Part shown: piece by piece, positions 31,856 to 42,790 of the stretch
How positions within the stretch are numbered: position 1 is the first letter of the stretch
How the letters are laid out: every line of letters begins with the position of its first letter
Assembly: GCA_039630575.1 (NCBI GenBank)
Contig: JBCNUW010000002.1
Coordinates: 88,192-152,191 of the forward strand
Length of the DNA: 64,000 nt
Reading direction: 5' to 3'
From: Candidatus Hydrothermales bacterium
GTDB lineage: Bacteria; Hydrothermota; Hydrothermia; Hydrothermales; JAJRUZ01
Made by a program: the position numbers and the translations under genes
Notes under the pieces: generated by a model
Seen by the model: the letters and a program-made list of their open reading frames with translations, nothing else
Databases searched by the model: none
What the model was told of the DNA's origin: nothing

Positions 31856-33481
31856 TCAAAATTCAATAGGTTCAAATTTTTTTCCTTTAATTTTATAAAA
31901 CTTTATATTTTCTATACTTTTTCCAAAGAGGTAAAATTTGAAAGATCCTTTAAAATATGTTAAATTTTTTAAAAAATTTATTAAAGCGAATGATCCTGTT
32001 ATGTTTTTTTCAAGGGTATAATTTAAAATGCTTCCAATATCGTAGCCAATATAGGCAGTTTCACTTGGGTAATCACCATATTTTGATTTAAATTCAAGAA
32101 TAAACTTTTCAGATACCGAATTATCCCATATTCCGGCACTGGCAAAAATTACCCTTTCTTCAACATATCTATTAGATTTGATGGCAAAATCTTCTGTTGT
32201 AAACTTTCCAGTTGTCAATATTTTTGACTTTAATCCCTTAAAAACAATCTGAGAAGAAAGAGAGAGAAGTGACTCTTCTGTTCCTGATGGGAAAACAATA
32301 ACATCAGGTCCAAGTGTATCCTGAAAAAAATTAATAATTTGATCAATTTTACTCTGAAAATCGAGTGAATCAATTGAAAAAAAAAGATAAAAGACTTTAT
32401 TCCTTTTCTCAAATAAGTCTATTAATAAAGAAGTAATACTCTCCCCTTCTTCAGTAATGGGCAAAAGAGCACATATTTTATTTATATTGTTAGGAATAAT
32501 ATACCTTTCTATAATCGCTTTTATCTCAAGATAAAGTGAATTTGAAAGAGTTATTATATTTTCACCGTATTCACAGGCTCTTATATAAGAAAGTGCAGGA
32601 ACTATAAATACTTTATCCCTTTTTTTTGCAAAATAAGGAAGAGCCAAATAAAAACTTTTGCTCAAAAGAGGCCCTATCAGAATCTTAAAATCATAATTAT
32701 AACCAATATGATCTTCGAGTAGTTTATATGTATATAATGGATCCTCTCTTGTATCAAAAACATTATAGTTTTTGTATTTAAAGGATAGTTCAAAACCTCT
32801 TAAAAATTCTTTTCCCAATAAACTGTCTGGTCCAGATAGGGGAAGATATATAAAAATTTCTTTTAATGTTCTCGACTTAAAAAAAGGATCCAATCTTTTT
32901 TTTGTGTAAATTTCTTCAATTTCTTTAGTTTTTTCATGTTCAGGAACCTCTTCTTTCAAAATTTCAAAAATTTCTTCTTGAGCCTTTACATCTCCCTCTT
33001 GTCTTGCCTTTTCAAAGGCTATAAAAAGGATATTTGGATAAATTTCAAGATCTTTAAGCTTACTAATATTTTTTAATATTTCTCTGAGGGACAATTTTTT
33101 CGAAAGTTCAAGGATTTTATTCTCAGCTTCCTTAAAATAAGGAGAATCTCTAAATTTTAAAATAGCTAAATAACTTTCGAAGGCTCTCACTAAAAAATTA
33201 ATTTTTTCATAACTTTTTGCAAGCATATATAGAACTTGCACTCTATACTCGCTCTCATGGTAATTACTAAGGAATATATTAGAATAAACAATTACAGAAT
33301 CACTTTTTTCAAGAGAATATAAAACATAGATAAAAAGATAATCAATCTTTTCACTCTTTTCACCTTTTCTAATCAAATTTCTTATTTCTTTTTCTGCTTC
33401 TTTCATTCTATTTGCCTTGATCAAATCAATAATTTTAAACTCACTTTGATTTAAAAGTAATAACAATAAAAAAGGTATCAT
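31856..33481 (-). CDS. TPR plus type-1 periplasmic binding fold protein (LpoA/LppC-like)
   Basis: N-terminal TPR helices; LPLSG..G..F..GF, DT, IGPL, AYIGYD. Confidence 0.7.
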   Translation of the reverse strand: MIPFLLLLLLNQSEFKIIDLIKANRMKEAEKEIRNLIRKGEKSEKIDYLFIYVLYSLEKSDSVIVYSNIFLSNYHESEYRVQVLYMLAKSYEKINFLVRAFESYLAILKFRDSPYFKEAENKILELSKKLSLREILKNISKLKDLEIYPNILFIAFEKARQEGDVKAQEEIFEILKEEVPEHEKTKEIEEIYTKKRLDPFFKSRTLKEIFIYLPLSGPDSLLGKEFLRGFELSFKYKNYNVFDTREDPLYTYKLLEDHIGYNYDFKILIGPLLSKSFYLALPYFAKKRDKVFIVPALSYIRACEYGENIITLSNSLYLEIKAIIERYIIPNNINKICALLPITEEGESITSLLIDLFEKRNKVFYLFFSIDSLDFQSKIDQIINFFQDTLGPDVIVFPSGTEESLLSLSSQIVFKGLKSKILTTGKFTTEDFAIKSNRYVEERVIFASAGIWDNSVSEKFILEFKSKYGDYPSETAYIGYDIGSILNYTLEKNITGSFALINFLKNLTYFKGSFKFYLFGKSIENIKFYKIKGKKFEPIEF

Positions 33482-33488
33482 TTAAATT

Positions 33489-33528
33489 AAAAGCCCCTCC
33501 CAAGAAGAAATAAAGGGAGGGGCCTTTT
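33489..33528 (-). terminator. Intrinsic terminator-like hairpin, potentially bidirectional
   Basis: GCCCCTCCC (33493-33501) / GGGAGGGGC (33515-33523) flanked by A4 and T4, ~30 nt after the stop at 33555. Confidence 0.75.
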
Positions 33529-33554
33529 ATAAATCTCTAAACTTCTGCTATTTT

Positions 33555-35279
33555 CTATTCAGTAACAACAAGTTTTAAATTACCCTGGATATCTCCCTTA
33601 TATTTCAAGAAGTATATTCCAGATTTGAGGTTAGAAACCTTTATTTCGTTATTTCCTTCTTTAACGGATACGGTTTTAGATGTAATTCTCTTTCCTGATA
33701 CATCAAAAATATCAAATACCATTTTTCCATTTAAAGGTGATACAAATCTGATAGCTCCTTTATCAAAAACATTTCCATTAAAGGTTAGCTTGTTCAAAAC
33801 TAATTTATCCTTTGAGCTTTCGAAAATACTCGTAACTGGAATATAACCTGTTAAAATATAAGTAGGTACTGTTCCGCCAAGTGCATAAGTGTTATAATGA
33901 ATATCAAGTCCCGCATTTGCACCATCCCATGCTCTTGGAACATTGAAGAGAAGCCATAATTTATAATCATTTGAAGGAGTAAATACATGCTTTATTGTGT
34001 GAACTTTATGTTCAATCTTATCATCTGTAGGTTGATTTGCCTCGTCTCTTGTAATGTTATATGGCGCAGACCAAGTAGCTCCACCATCAAGTGAATATTT
34101 TACATAGACATCAGTCCACCCATACCTACGATTAGGAACATAATCAATTGTATGGTATGCAACATAAGTAACGAAGAGTATGTTGCGAACATGATCAATT
34201 GTAAGTTCAATATTTGCAAAAAATGTTAAATCATCAGGGTCTATAATTGTATAGGTTGCTGTAGGTGTAACAAGATAAGCACCATTCCCAGAGACAAATG
34301 TATCAGTCCCAAAAACTATCGGATTTGTAAAGTAACATGTAGTTGTCAAAAGTGCCATAGGTGTTGTTGAATTAAGAAGGGCAAAATCCCAGTAATTTAC
34401 ATACCAAAGATAATCAACAATATAATCTATTCCTTGAAATCTAAAAGTATCAACTGGGACATTAAAATAAAGGGGAATACTTGTCCATGTAGCTCCATCG
34501 TCATTAGATACTTTAACAGTATCTGGTCCTACAAGAGCTGCAAGTGTCCCACCCAAATAATCCATTAGCCATACATCTCCAGGGTGGTTTGGGAAAAGTG
34601 TAGCTGGAGGGTCAGGATCAATAAAAGCAAGTCTCCACCACCAATGAGTGAAGTAGTTATTATCTTGACCTACAAGAAAATTAACAAAATTTCCCATATC
34701 GTTTGAGGCATTTCCAAAACTCCTATATCCTACAAATCCAGGAGTCTGAATGAAGTAGGTATAAATATTTCCTTGTGGTAAAGCACCATCAGATGGAACT
34801 GTAGAAATAGCACCTTCATAAGGTGTTCTAACTGTAGAGTATGTTAGAATAAAAGTGTCACTGTTACCCATCCATGGACCTACATTCGGATATCTTCCGG
34901 CTCCATCTATATTGTATGGCCATATTCTTGTCCAAGTGTTCCCACCATCTTGAGAAAAAACAAGAGCTAAACGTCCTGTTCCAGGATAAGCAGGGTTATC
35001 AGATAATCTTCTATAAGTGAAAAATACACAGGATTGATCAGGTGATGTATTTATTGGTTTTGGTGCTGTATACAAAGTTGAATACTGATTGGGCATAGTA
35101 TCTATATAAGCAATAGGTATTGTAGGATACGTCGGAAGTGCGGAAGGATAGATATCTGAAGTATTTTTAAAATCCTCCCGATCAATTATTAAATGATCCT
35201 TTACAATAGGTCTTATGGTTCCTGCAAACAGAAATCCTACAAGAAAAACAGTCAGTAGTACTTTTTTATTTTTACTCAT
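33555..35279 (-). CDS. Secreted Asp-box (BNR) beta-propeller protein with T9SS type-A-like CTD
   Basis: Signal peptide; SQDGGNTW, SNDDGATW, SLDGGATW; C-terminal IFDVSGKRI..LKSGIYFLK..KLVV. Confidence 0.8.
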   Translation of the reverse strand: MSKNKKVLLTVFLVGFLFAGTIRPIVKDHLIIDREDFKNTSDIYPSALPTYPTIPIAYIDTMPNQYSTLYTAPKPINTSPDQSCVFFTYRRLSDNPAYPGTGRLALVFSQDGGNTWTRIWPYNIDGAGRYPNVGPWMGNSDTFILTYSTVRTPYEGAISTVPSDGALPQGNIYTYFIQTPGFVGYRSFGNASNDMGNFVNFLVGQDNNYFTHWWWRLAFIDPDPPATLFPNHPGDVWLMDYLGGTLAALVGPDTVKVSNDDGATWTSIPLYFNVPVDTFRFQGIDYIVDYLWYVNYWDFALLNSTTPMALLTTTCYFTNPIVFGTDTFVSGNGAYLVTPTATYTIIDPDDLTFFANIELTIDHVRNILFVTYVAYHTIDYVPNRRYGWTDVYVKYSLDGGATWSAPYNITRDEANQPTDDKIEHKVHTIKHVFTPSNDYKLWLLFNVPRAWDGANAGLDIHYNTYALGGTVPTYILTGYIPVTSIFESSKDKLVLNKLTFNGNVFDKGAIRFVSPLNGKMVFDIFDVSGKRITSKTVSVKEGNNEIKVSNLKSGIYFLKYKGDIQGNLKLVVTE

Positions 35280-35298
35280 TTAAAACCTCCTTTTTTTT

Positions 35299-35333
35299 AG
35301 GGAATTGAACCCTTCTTTGTTTTTTATATTATA
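35299..35333 (-). promoter_or_regulatory. Internal promoter and T-arm-like hairpin
   Basis: Minus strand TATAAT (35328-35333), then A-GGG-TTCAATT-CCC-T (core 35300-35312), 20 nt before ATG 35279; SD AAGGAGG. Confidence 0.75.
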
Positions 35334-35334
35334 T

Positions 35335-36195
35335 CTAATCATTCATAAGCTCTTCAATCTTTAAAAGAATTTTCAGATGTGAAGATGGGTCAAAAGGGTC
35401 ATCAGGATAATCTATCCAACCTGATAACTTTAACACATCAACTGCATTTGCGTAAAGTCCTTCTTTAAAGTAAACATAAGCAGCTGCTCCAAGTATGTTA
35501 GTGAATTTAATAAAAGGATAGTGAGGAAAATAGAAAGCCCTACTTCTTTTTGCAAGTGAATAGAGATATTCAGCAGACAAAGATCTTTTATCTTGAGCAA
35601 GATAAATCAAACCAATCCCTGCCCATGCCCAGAAGAATATATCGTCTGTTGGACTTTGAGGTTTATAATAGGTATAGTCAATATAAGTTACAGTATCAGG
35701 TGGTGTCCCTTTAAAATAAACAAGAGTATCATCAAAATAAATTGGGCTGTGAACATCAGCTGGTGCTTCGATAACATTTGCGATCCATACTATATTCCTC
35801 TTTTTTGTCTTTATCGCCCAAGTGGCTCCGTAAGGTAAAGACTGTGGCCTTATAACAGTAGCTACTTCCTTAAACCTTCTCTCGACAAGAGATATTCCGT
35901 CAATTGCAAGTATAAGAGAAAAATAAGAAAGAGCCGAAGATAGATCATAATCCTTTTTTGAAATTAAAGTATAACCTTTACCAAGTAAAGCTTCTCTATC
36001 ACGTAGATTCAAAGTTATAAGAGAATCAAACCAGAATTCTGCAACATCAAATTCTCCCCTATCATAATAATCCCAAGCCCTCTGAAGTATAAGATCCCTC
36101 GAGGGTTCTGCCTCAAATTCAGGTTCTTCTTTCTTACATGACATAAGAAAATATATTATTGAAAAAAACACAAAAAGATATTTTATTTTTTTCAT
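35335..36195 (-). CDS. TPR-containing lipoprotein
   Basis: MKKIKY..FLMS-C lipobox, SD GGAGG, TPR-like AWDYYDRGEFDVA and ALLGKGY. Confidence 0.7.
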   Translation of the reverse strand: MKKIKYLFVFFSIIYFLMSCKKEEPEFEAEPSRDLILQRAWDYYDRGEFDVAEFWFDSLITLNLRDREALLGKGYTLISKKDYDLSSALSYFSLILAIDGISLVERRFKEVATVIRPQSLPYGATWAIKTKKRNIVWIANVIEAPADVHSPIYFDDTLVYFKGTPPDTVTYIDYTYYKPQSPTDDIFFWAWAGIGLIYLAQDKRSLSAEYLYSLAKRSRAFYFPHYPFIKFTNILGAAAYVYFKEGLYANAVDVLKLSGWIDYPDDPFDPSSHLKILLKIEELMND

Positions 36196-36205
36196 TTTCC
36201 CCTCC

Positions 36206-39200
36206 TTATTTTGTATCAAAAACTATAAGCTTTTTCTTTATCACTGAAAAGCCCTTTATATCAGCCTTTATAAAGTACACTCCATGTGAAGGAAACATTA
36301 AGTTAAACTCATAAATTCCAGGTTCTCTTTCTCCATCAATTATATCATAAACTTTTCTTCCCGTTGAATTATAAATTGACAATTTTACATCTGTCTTTAT
36401 GGGGACATAAAGCAAAACTTTACCCTCATCCCTTTTCAAAAGATGATCTACTTTCAATATTGGATAGCTCTTTACACTTCCGCCAGTCCTTACCTGGTAA
36501 ATACCAAAAGCATTTGTCTCAAATACAAATTTCCCTTCAGATCTCTCTACAAATCCCTCCACAGGAACCCATCCGAACTCCTCATCATATCTAAATATTC
36601 CTGTTCCCTCAGTCAACAATGAAGGATCAATAATTTCTACAACAAAAGTATGAGCCAACTTTTTACCTCTACTTCCTACCATGAAAACATCAGATTTTCC
36701 CTCCTTTGAACCTGGCACAATAATATCTACAGCCTCTTTGTTAATCTTTGAAAGTGTTAAGAATAAATTATTTACATTAGATGGAAACCTCAATTTCACT
36801 GAACCATCCGAAGAGGCATATACACCACCTCCTTCAACATAATATGTGGGAACTGGAAGAACAACATCAACTCCGTTACCAGTTGTATCTTCAACATATG
36901 CAGTAAAAGTGTAAATTGTCGATTTCCTTAAAAGTTCTTTTGATGTGGTATAAAAGGCTATAGGAGCAGCACCTGCCAAGTTGGTAAGATTCTCATCTCG
37001 AATTAGAGTTCTTCCTGCCTCAGATATTTTAAGAATTACTCCTTCCTCCCTTGCATCCTTAAAGATTTTTCTTCTGTTCCACACATATACATCAACAAAA
37101 TTGTCAATTATTGGATTTTGCAAGACTATCATAATTGGATAAGGAGCTTCAGTATCCCTACCCCTTGCAGTACTGTAAACTCTTCTTGGATCTTTATTTA
37201 TTACAACTATTTTTTGCCTTTTAACTGTTTGGTTGTCACAAAGACATATGGAGTAGATATTTTTAGAAGAGTCAATAGGGAAAAGTCTGTTAACTTCAAT
37301 TGTAGTATCAATAATATTACCTTGAGCATCTCTTACAAATACATACCTCACATCATAAACTTCTATATAAGTAATCCAGTTACCTTGCCTATCGTAATAA
37401 GAAGCCTCGTCTGATACACTTAATTTAAGTGTATGTTTTTTAGCATCTGGGTTGTGTCTATAGATTATGTAAGAAAATGGTTCCTGTTGTATAAAACCAT
37501 ACCTTTCCAAAACAGTAGCTTCCTCACGTGGAAAAGTATTTATTAATCTAAAGTAGTAATCTTTATTGTCTCCAAAGACCCTATCTATAGCATTCGCTAA
37601 AGCCCAGGAAGTTATGTATGGATTAAATCTCTTCCATGTTCTTGATGTATCATCAAAAAGCTCTCTGATTTTTGTTAATCCGTATCTTTCTTTTATATAT
37701 TCAAAAAGTGTAAATACTCTTGCTGTGCTAAATTCATTTGCCTCAGGTTCACCAAGTCCATGATACTTTGAAATATTAAACATGTTTACATTTGTTCCTG
37801 TCGAATCGTAATATGAAGAAAGATCAAAAAGTCCGGGAACTCCAGTTATCAAAGGATTATTATAAAGAATAGAGTCTGTCCTTGATTTATAATTAGCAAC
37901 AAGAAGTGCAGCTAAAGCTTTTCTTACAAGCTTATCCTCGTTAGGTTTTAAAACAAAAAGTCCCCTGTTAACAAATTGATAATTAAATACAAACTTCTTT
38001 GCTATATCAGTAAGTGAAAGAAAACCACCAACTTTTCCAAGCATTTCAAAACCAACCTTCACATATATGGCATCCTTTAAATCCTGAAGCGGCTCTGAGT
38101 GTTTATCATGAAGGGTAAAAAGTGTAACAGGCATAATATCTGAAGGTGTGTATGGAGGGCTAGCATGATCATCGGGGGGAGTAACAAGATAAGGATTTAT
38201 AACAAAATGAATATAAGATTCTGGGTACTCCCTCCCAAAATAGTTTCTAAACATTGACTTAATTTCCTCTAAGTCTATATATAAAGTATCAGTAAACAAA
38301 TTTTTAAAGGAATTCACAAAAGCATTAACAATTTCATCAGCTACATTAACACCTATTAATTTTGAAGATTCTGGATTCTGTGGATCATACTTTTCATCAA
38401 TTCCAGGATTGAAGTTCCAAACATAATTTCCACCACCAATATCCTTTAAATAAAATAGACCAGCCTCACAAGCATACCATAACCTGTTATAGACATCAGG
38501 CTCAATATCAAAACCATTTAAAGCACCGTAATTTTTAAATACATCTAAACCTTTAGTAAAATGATTACCAAGATCATCATATACACCTTCACCTTTAATT
38601 ACTGCGAAGTAAGTCCCTATACCAGGATAACTACCACTAGGCTTTTCAGTTACCGAGAGAACATTCTTTCCTGAAAATGAGGTTATAGGTGTAAAGGTTA
38701 AACCGTTATCAACAGAATAGTATGCACCATCAGTTGTTGCAAGATATATCCTTGCACCCGGTACTCCAGTCCCTTTAAGAGAATTAATTTTATAGTCATT
38801 GACCTGTGTCCAACTCGTTCCATCCCATCTAAAAAGACCTGAAGGAGTAACAGCAAGGATAAAAGAACTTGTTGCATAAAGAATTTTAACCGAATCGTTC
38901 AGATTTCCAACTCTATTCCATTTTAAATAATACTCTAACCTTCTTTTTACTGTATCCCCCCTCATAAAAACAATAGTATCAAGTTTGCTGAAATAGACTC
39001 CTTCAGTTGTTCCTACGTAAACAAAAGTATCAACCTTACCAACCACAAGGGAAACTGATAGAGTCTTAATTGGATTTTTGACCAATGTGTCAATTAGTGT
39101 ATTGTAAGGTAAAGTATCATTAATGTTATCCTTGAAAACAAAATTCTCCCTTAGTAATGAATCTAACGTTATGCTGTAAATTTTAATTTTTCCATCTGAA

Positions 39201-39649
39201 GAGACACCATATATTAGCTCAGGAGAAGGTATATACACAGCTCCTGTTCTTCTATAAGATAAAGAAAAATCAACAATACCTTCTTCAAGTGGTCTTGAGA
39301 AAGCAAGCAAATTTGTATTATCTAAACTTGCAGTTCTGTAAACACCAAAACCGTCTACAAGCAACCATCCATATTTTCTCTGAGGAAGAGTTCCTGAAAT
39401 TCTGTTTATCTTAAACTTTTTTACCGGAATTTTGTCATAGGGAGTCCATACACAAAAACGTAACTTCTTTAAATCTCCTCCTTCTTCGTAAGTAACTGAA
39501 TCAATGTGTCTTAAAATTATGTTATCTTCATAGAAAGCAAGGGTAATTCCCCATCTTAGAAAAATTTGATTCTTACTTTCCCCAGGAGTGTATGAAGCAA
39601 AGAGTCCAGAGAGAAAAAGTGTTAATAAAAGAAAAATCTTATTTTTCAT
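36206..39649 (-). CDS. Large secreted multidomain protein: beta-propeller-like, central domain, T9SS-like CTD
   Basis: Signal peptide; repeats YVGTTEGVY, LATTDGAYYSVDNG, WYACEAGL; C-terminal IYNSTGRKV..GVYFIK..KKLIV. Confidence 0.7.
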   Translation of the reverse strand: MKNKIFLLLTLFLSGLFASYTPGESKNQIFLRWGITLAFYEDNIILRHIDSVTYEEGGDLKKLRFCVWTPYDKIPVKKFKINRISGTLPQRKYGWLLVDGFGVYRTASLDNTNLLAFSRPLEEGIVDFSLSYRRTGAVYIPSPELIYGVSSDGKIKIYSITLDSLLRENFVFKDNINDTLPYNTLIDTLVKNPIKTLSVSLVVGKVDTFVYVGTTEGVYFSKLDTIVFMRGDTVKRRLEYYLKWNRVGNLNDSVKILYATSSFILAVTPSGLFRWDGTSWTQVNDYKINSLKGTGVPGARIYLATTDGAYYSVDNGLTFTPITSFSGKNVLSVTEKPSGSYPGIGTYFAVIKGEGVYDDLGNHFTKGLDVFKNYGALNGFDIEPDVYNRLWYACEAGLFYLKDIGGGNYVWNFNPGIDEKYDPQNPESSKLIGVNVADEIVNAFVNSFKNLFTDTLYIDLEEIKSMFRNYFGREYPESYIHFVINPYLVTPPDDHASPPYTPSDIMPVTLFTLHDKHSEPLQDLKDAIYVKVGFEMLGKVGGFLSLTDIAKKFVFNYQFVNRGLFVLKPNEDKLVRKALAALLVANYKSRTDSILYNNPLITGVPGLFDLSSYYDSTGTNVNMFNISKYHGLGEPEANEFSTARVFTLFEYIKERYGLTKIRELFDDTSRTWKRFNPYITSWALANAIDRVFGDNKDYYFRLINTFPREEATVLERYGFIQQEPFSYIIYRHNPDAKKHTLKLSVSDEASYYDRQGNWITYIEVYDVRYVFVRDAQGNIIDTTIEVNRLFPIDSSKNIYSICLCDNQTVKRQKIVVINKDPRRVYSTARGRDTEAPYPIMIVLQNPIIDNFVDVYVWNRRKIFKDAREEGVILKISEAGRTLIRDENLTNLAGAAPIAFYTTSKELLRKSTIYTFTAYVEDTTGNGVDVVLPVPTYYVEGGGVYASSDGSVKLRFPSNVNNLFLTLSKINKEAVDIIVPGSKEGKSDVFMVGSRGKKLAHTFVVEIIDPSLLTEGTGIFRYDEEFGWVPVEGFVERSEGKFVFETNAFGIYQVRTGGSVKSYPILKVDHLLKRDEGKVLLYVPIKTDVKLSIYNSTGRKVYDIIDGEREPGIYEFNLMFPSHGVYFIKADIKGFSVIKKKLIVFDTK

Positions 39650-39662
39650 CTTTTAACCTCCT

Positions 39663-40652
39663 TTAATATATAAAATTTAAAGAAAGTCTATGAACAAAAG
39701 GTAATATACCCATATCATTGAAAGAATAACTCAATTTTAAAGCTCCAAATTTAATTTTTGTATTAAGACCAAAACCTAAGGAAAATCCACCTTCATCAAA
39801 CTTCTCCTCTATCACTCTTTCACCAATTAAAAGGAAATATCCTGTCGAAAAATAAAAATTATTGAAATCAAACTTTATACCACAATGAAAACTTTCATTA
39901 TAATCTGTTGGATGCAAAAGTTCAAAGGTGCTTGTTATTTTTAAAAACTTTGAAGTATAGGGATCAACGGCTAGACCTAACCTGAAAGTCGTGGGCAAAG
40001 GATAACTTGTATAAAACCTTTTATACTCATTCATCTGACCACCTTCATATAAATACTGAATATACTCACCAGAAGGCTTTAAGTCTGGCCCCAAATTTAC
40101 AAAAGCCATTCCTAACCTGATTGTATAAAGTCCTGTATTGAAAACTGTTCCAGCATCAAAGGCTACACCCCTTGTTTTTGAGATTGAACCATAATTTTCT
40201 CCCACATACTTTATAGAAACTCCTGAAGCAAATCTATCTGTGAAATATCTTGAATAATTTAAACCAACCTGATAAGCATTGTAATTAAAAGTTTTACCCG
40301 TGGGACCCTCGACTGTCCACTCCTCCATATCTCCAGAGAAAAACCCTGAAACAAAGAATCCAAAATTCCCGTAAAATCCCTGACTTTTAACAATTGAGAT
40401 ATAAGGAACTCTTGCATCTTCAAACCACATTGTATAACCTGTATATAACTCTAAACCCTTAACATCTGCTGTTCCTGAAGGATTCCAAAATACACTTGAA
40501 GCACCACTTGAAATAGCAGTATAGGCACCGCCCATTCCCATAGCCTCAGGAAGAAGAGGTATTGATAAAAAATCTGCTCCTACATTGCCCACCTTTTGCT
40601 GAGCATAAATAATCGTTAGTAAGGAAATAAATACTAATAAAAATTTTTTCAT
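39663..40652 (-). CDS. PorV/PorQ family (UPF0164) outer-membrane beta-barrel
   Basis: GADFLSI..AMGMGGAYTA..SVFWNPSG, FDAG, NLG, LPTTFRLG, HRLSL. Confidence 0.88.
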   Translation of the reverse strand: MKKFLLVFISLLTIIYAQQKVGNVGADFLSIPLLPEAMGMGGAYTAISSGASSVFWNPSGTADVKGLELYTGYTMWFEDARVPYISIVKSQGFYGNFGFFVSGFFSGDMEEWTVEGPTGKTFNYNAYQVGLNYSRYFTDRFASGVSIKYVGENYGSISKTRGVAFDAGTVFNTGLYTIRLGMAFVNLGPDLKPSGEYIQYLYEGGQMNEYKRFYTSYPLPTTFRLGLAVDPYTSKFLKITSTFELLHPTDYNESFHCGIKFDFNNFYFSTGYFLLIGERVIEEKFDEGGFSLGFGLNTKIKFGALKLSYSFNDMGILPFVHRLSLNFIY

Positions 40653-40666
40653 TTAAAACCTCCCTT

Positions 40667-42775
40667 TTAGTCAAGTATTACAAATTTTCCTATCTTTGTC
40701 TTACCCTCAGGTGTCTCAATCTTGTAATAATAAAATCCAGAAGATACTTTAACATTATTTTCATTTAGAAGATCCCAAGATTCAGTTCCTGTCAAATTGT
40801 TATGGTTTAAAAGCTTCACAAGCTTTCCACTTGCTGTGAATATATAAATCTTACATATTGGAGGAAGATTCTGAAATTCAATCTTGCTGTAAAGTTCTGT
40901 TGCTGACCATTTTGCTGAACCTACGAAAGGATTTGGAACTACCTTAACATTCGAAAGATCACCCTCTTCAGCAGGCTCAGTTGTAATATAAAGAGGTATA
41001 GCACTACCATCCGGCCCTTTTTTGTAGTTTGTCTTTGGAGATTCAAGAGAATCCACATCCATAGCAGTTACAACATAAAAGTAAGGAAAACCAACTTGAG
41101 CTGTTGTATCAACAAATGTGTGAGAAATATTTCCAAATAGATCTCTCTTAACCTCTGCTAAAAGTGTAAATCCCCTGGGTTCAAATACACTTCTATATAC
41201 TCTATAAAGCAGAAAATCTGGTATGCCTTTTAATGGATCTACATAAACCTCTGCAGAGTTGTCCCATACAAGCAAAACGCCCTTTTTGGTAAGCTGATAC
41301 TTAAGGAGAGGAGTAGGAGGTGGTATTGGAATTTTCCAATGATCATCCTTTGCAGGGTCAAGTTTTGGTGGAGTAGGATGAGCAGGATCACCGGGATTCC
41401 CAGCATAATATGCTCTATAAGCCCATTCAAGAGTGTGTCTTGCACCCCTTAAAAAGCCTCTTCCCCAATAGTCGTCCATACCACCATTCAATCCTTGACC
41501 CACTCCAGCAATCCAAACAAATTTCAGTGTATCTCCACTTTTCAAAGTATAGGGTCCTACGGTATTTAAGAATCTGTAATCAAATTCCGCAGCATTAAGA
41601 TCATTTGGATGTGGAGCATATCTATAATTCTGTGTAGCAGGGTGTTTACCCTTCATATATCTATACCTATCAAGATCTGTTCCAGGGTCAGATTCCCAGT
41701 TCCACCACTGATGGGAAAAAGGTCTAATTATTCTACAGGTATCACCATTTTCTACCCATATAGAATCTGAAGGTGCTGGAGGCGCATAAATAAAAGCGCC
41801 AAAGTTGTAACCTGCAGACCTACCTCCTTCTTCACCAGTATCATCTCCAGGGACTGCAGGATCATCTGCATCGTAAATATAACTCATGCCATAAGGAATC
41901 AGATAACCCGAAACTGTATCATAAGTTCCATCAGGCTTTTTTACTGGTATTTTTGAAACACAAGTTGTAAAATTAACATGCTCCATTTCGTGATCACCCC
42001 AAATAAAGTAATCATCAGGTATCCCATCTGAAAATTCTATATAACCATCCTCTTGTCCATAAAAGCTTACCTTATCCACATTAGGTGGGAATCTAAAATT
42101 AGGACTCCACTCATTTGCTGTCCATCCCGAAAAGTGTACAAGATCATCTATATGAGGCTCACTTGCATCTGCTCCAGAAACATCACAATCATACCACATA
42201 CCAACAAAGAATGAATCAAGTTGATCACCTATTCCTGGAATATCAGATGAGTCCTTATCAAAAGTTATATACATCTCATACGCGATAAAATCATTGTAAG
42301 GATCATTAGGCCAAGTTAATACTCTCCATAATACTTTTACCCCAAGATGTCTACCAGGACTGTTTCTTGGATTTGATTTGGCATCATTATAGACAACAAC
42401 AATATCAAAAACTGACTTTCCAGGACCAAGATAGTCTTTAAAGTTTATCTGTGAATTCCATTCATTTGCTGTATAATCAGACTGAGTAACATAATATTCT
42501 CCCCTAACTTTTGCTCCAACCAAGAAGTAAGCAAGCCAAAGGTAATAATTATTTACAGCTGCACCACCTGGCCAAGTAAAACCCCAAAGATTAGCTGCAG
42601 CTTCCCCACCTAAAAATCCATAATTACTCATCCAGTTCCAAGCCTCAGGAATTGTCTGGTTATATATGGCCCTCGGACCCTTAAATATTGTGATATCTTT
42701 TCTTTCAGGAGCAAGCTTATGAAAAGAAAAAAGGTTAAAAGATAAAAGTATTGTAAAAATGAAGAACTTCTTCAT
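40667..42775 (-). CDS. Secreted protein with FnIII-like domain and VPNP-type CTD
   Basis: Signal peptide, SNYG..WPGG..YLW, PPPTP..LVWD..YRVYRS..YFYVVTA, VKVVPNPF..IFTASGKLVK..WDL..SGFYYY..GKFVIL. Confidence 0.75.
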   Translation of the reverse strand: MKKFFIFTILLSFNLFSFHKLAPERKDITIFKGPRAIYNQTIPEAWNWMSNYGFLGGEAAANLWGFTWPGGAAVNNYYLWLAYFLVGAKVRGEYYVTQSDYTANEWNSQINFKDYLGPGKSVFDIVVVYNDAKSNPRNSPGRHLGVKVLWRVLTWPNDPYNDFIAYEMYITFDKDSSDIPGIGDQLDSFFVGMWYDCDVSGADASEPHIDDLVHFSGWTANEWSPNFRFPPNVDKVSFYGQEDGYIEFSDGIPDDYFIWGDHEMEHVNFTTCVSKIPVKKPDGTYDTVSGYLIPYGMSYIYDADDPAVPGDDTGEEGGRSAGYNFGAFIYAPPAPSDSIWVENGDTCRIIRPFSHQWWNWESDPGTDLDRYRYMKGKHPATQNYRYAPHPNDLNAAEFDYRFLNTVGPYTLKSGDTLKFVWIAGVGQGLNGGMDDYWGRGFLRGARHTLEWAYRAYYAGNPGDPAHPTPPKLDPAKDDHWKIPIPPPTPLLKYQLTKKGVLLVWDNSAEVYVDPLKGIPDFLLYRVYRSVFEPRGFTLLAEVKRDLFGNISHTFVDTTAQVGFPYFYVVTAMDVDSLESPKTNYKKGPDGSAIPLYITTEPAEEGDLSNVKVVPNPFVGSAKWSATELYSKIEFQNLPPICKIYIFTASGKLVKLLNHNNLTGTESWDLLNENNVKVSSGFYYYKIETPEGKTKIGKFVILD

Positions 42776-42790
42776 CTTTTACCTCCTTTT

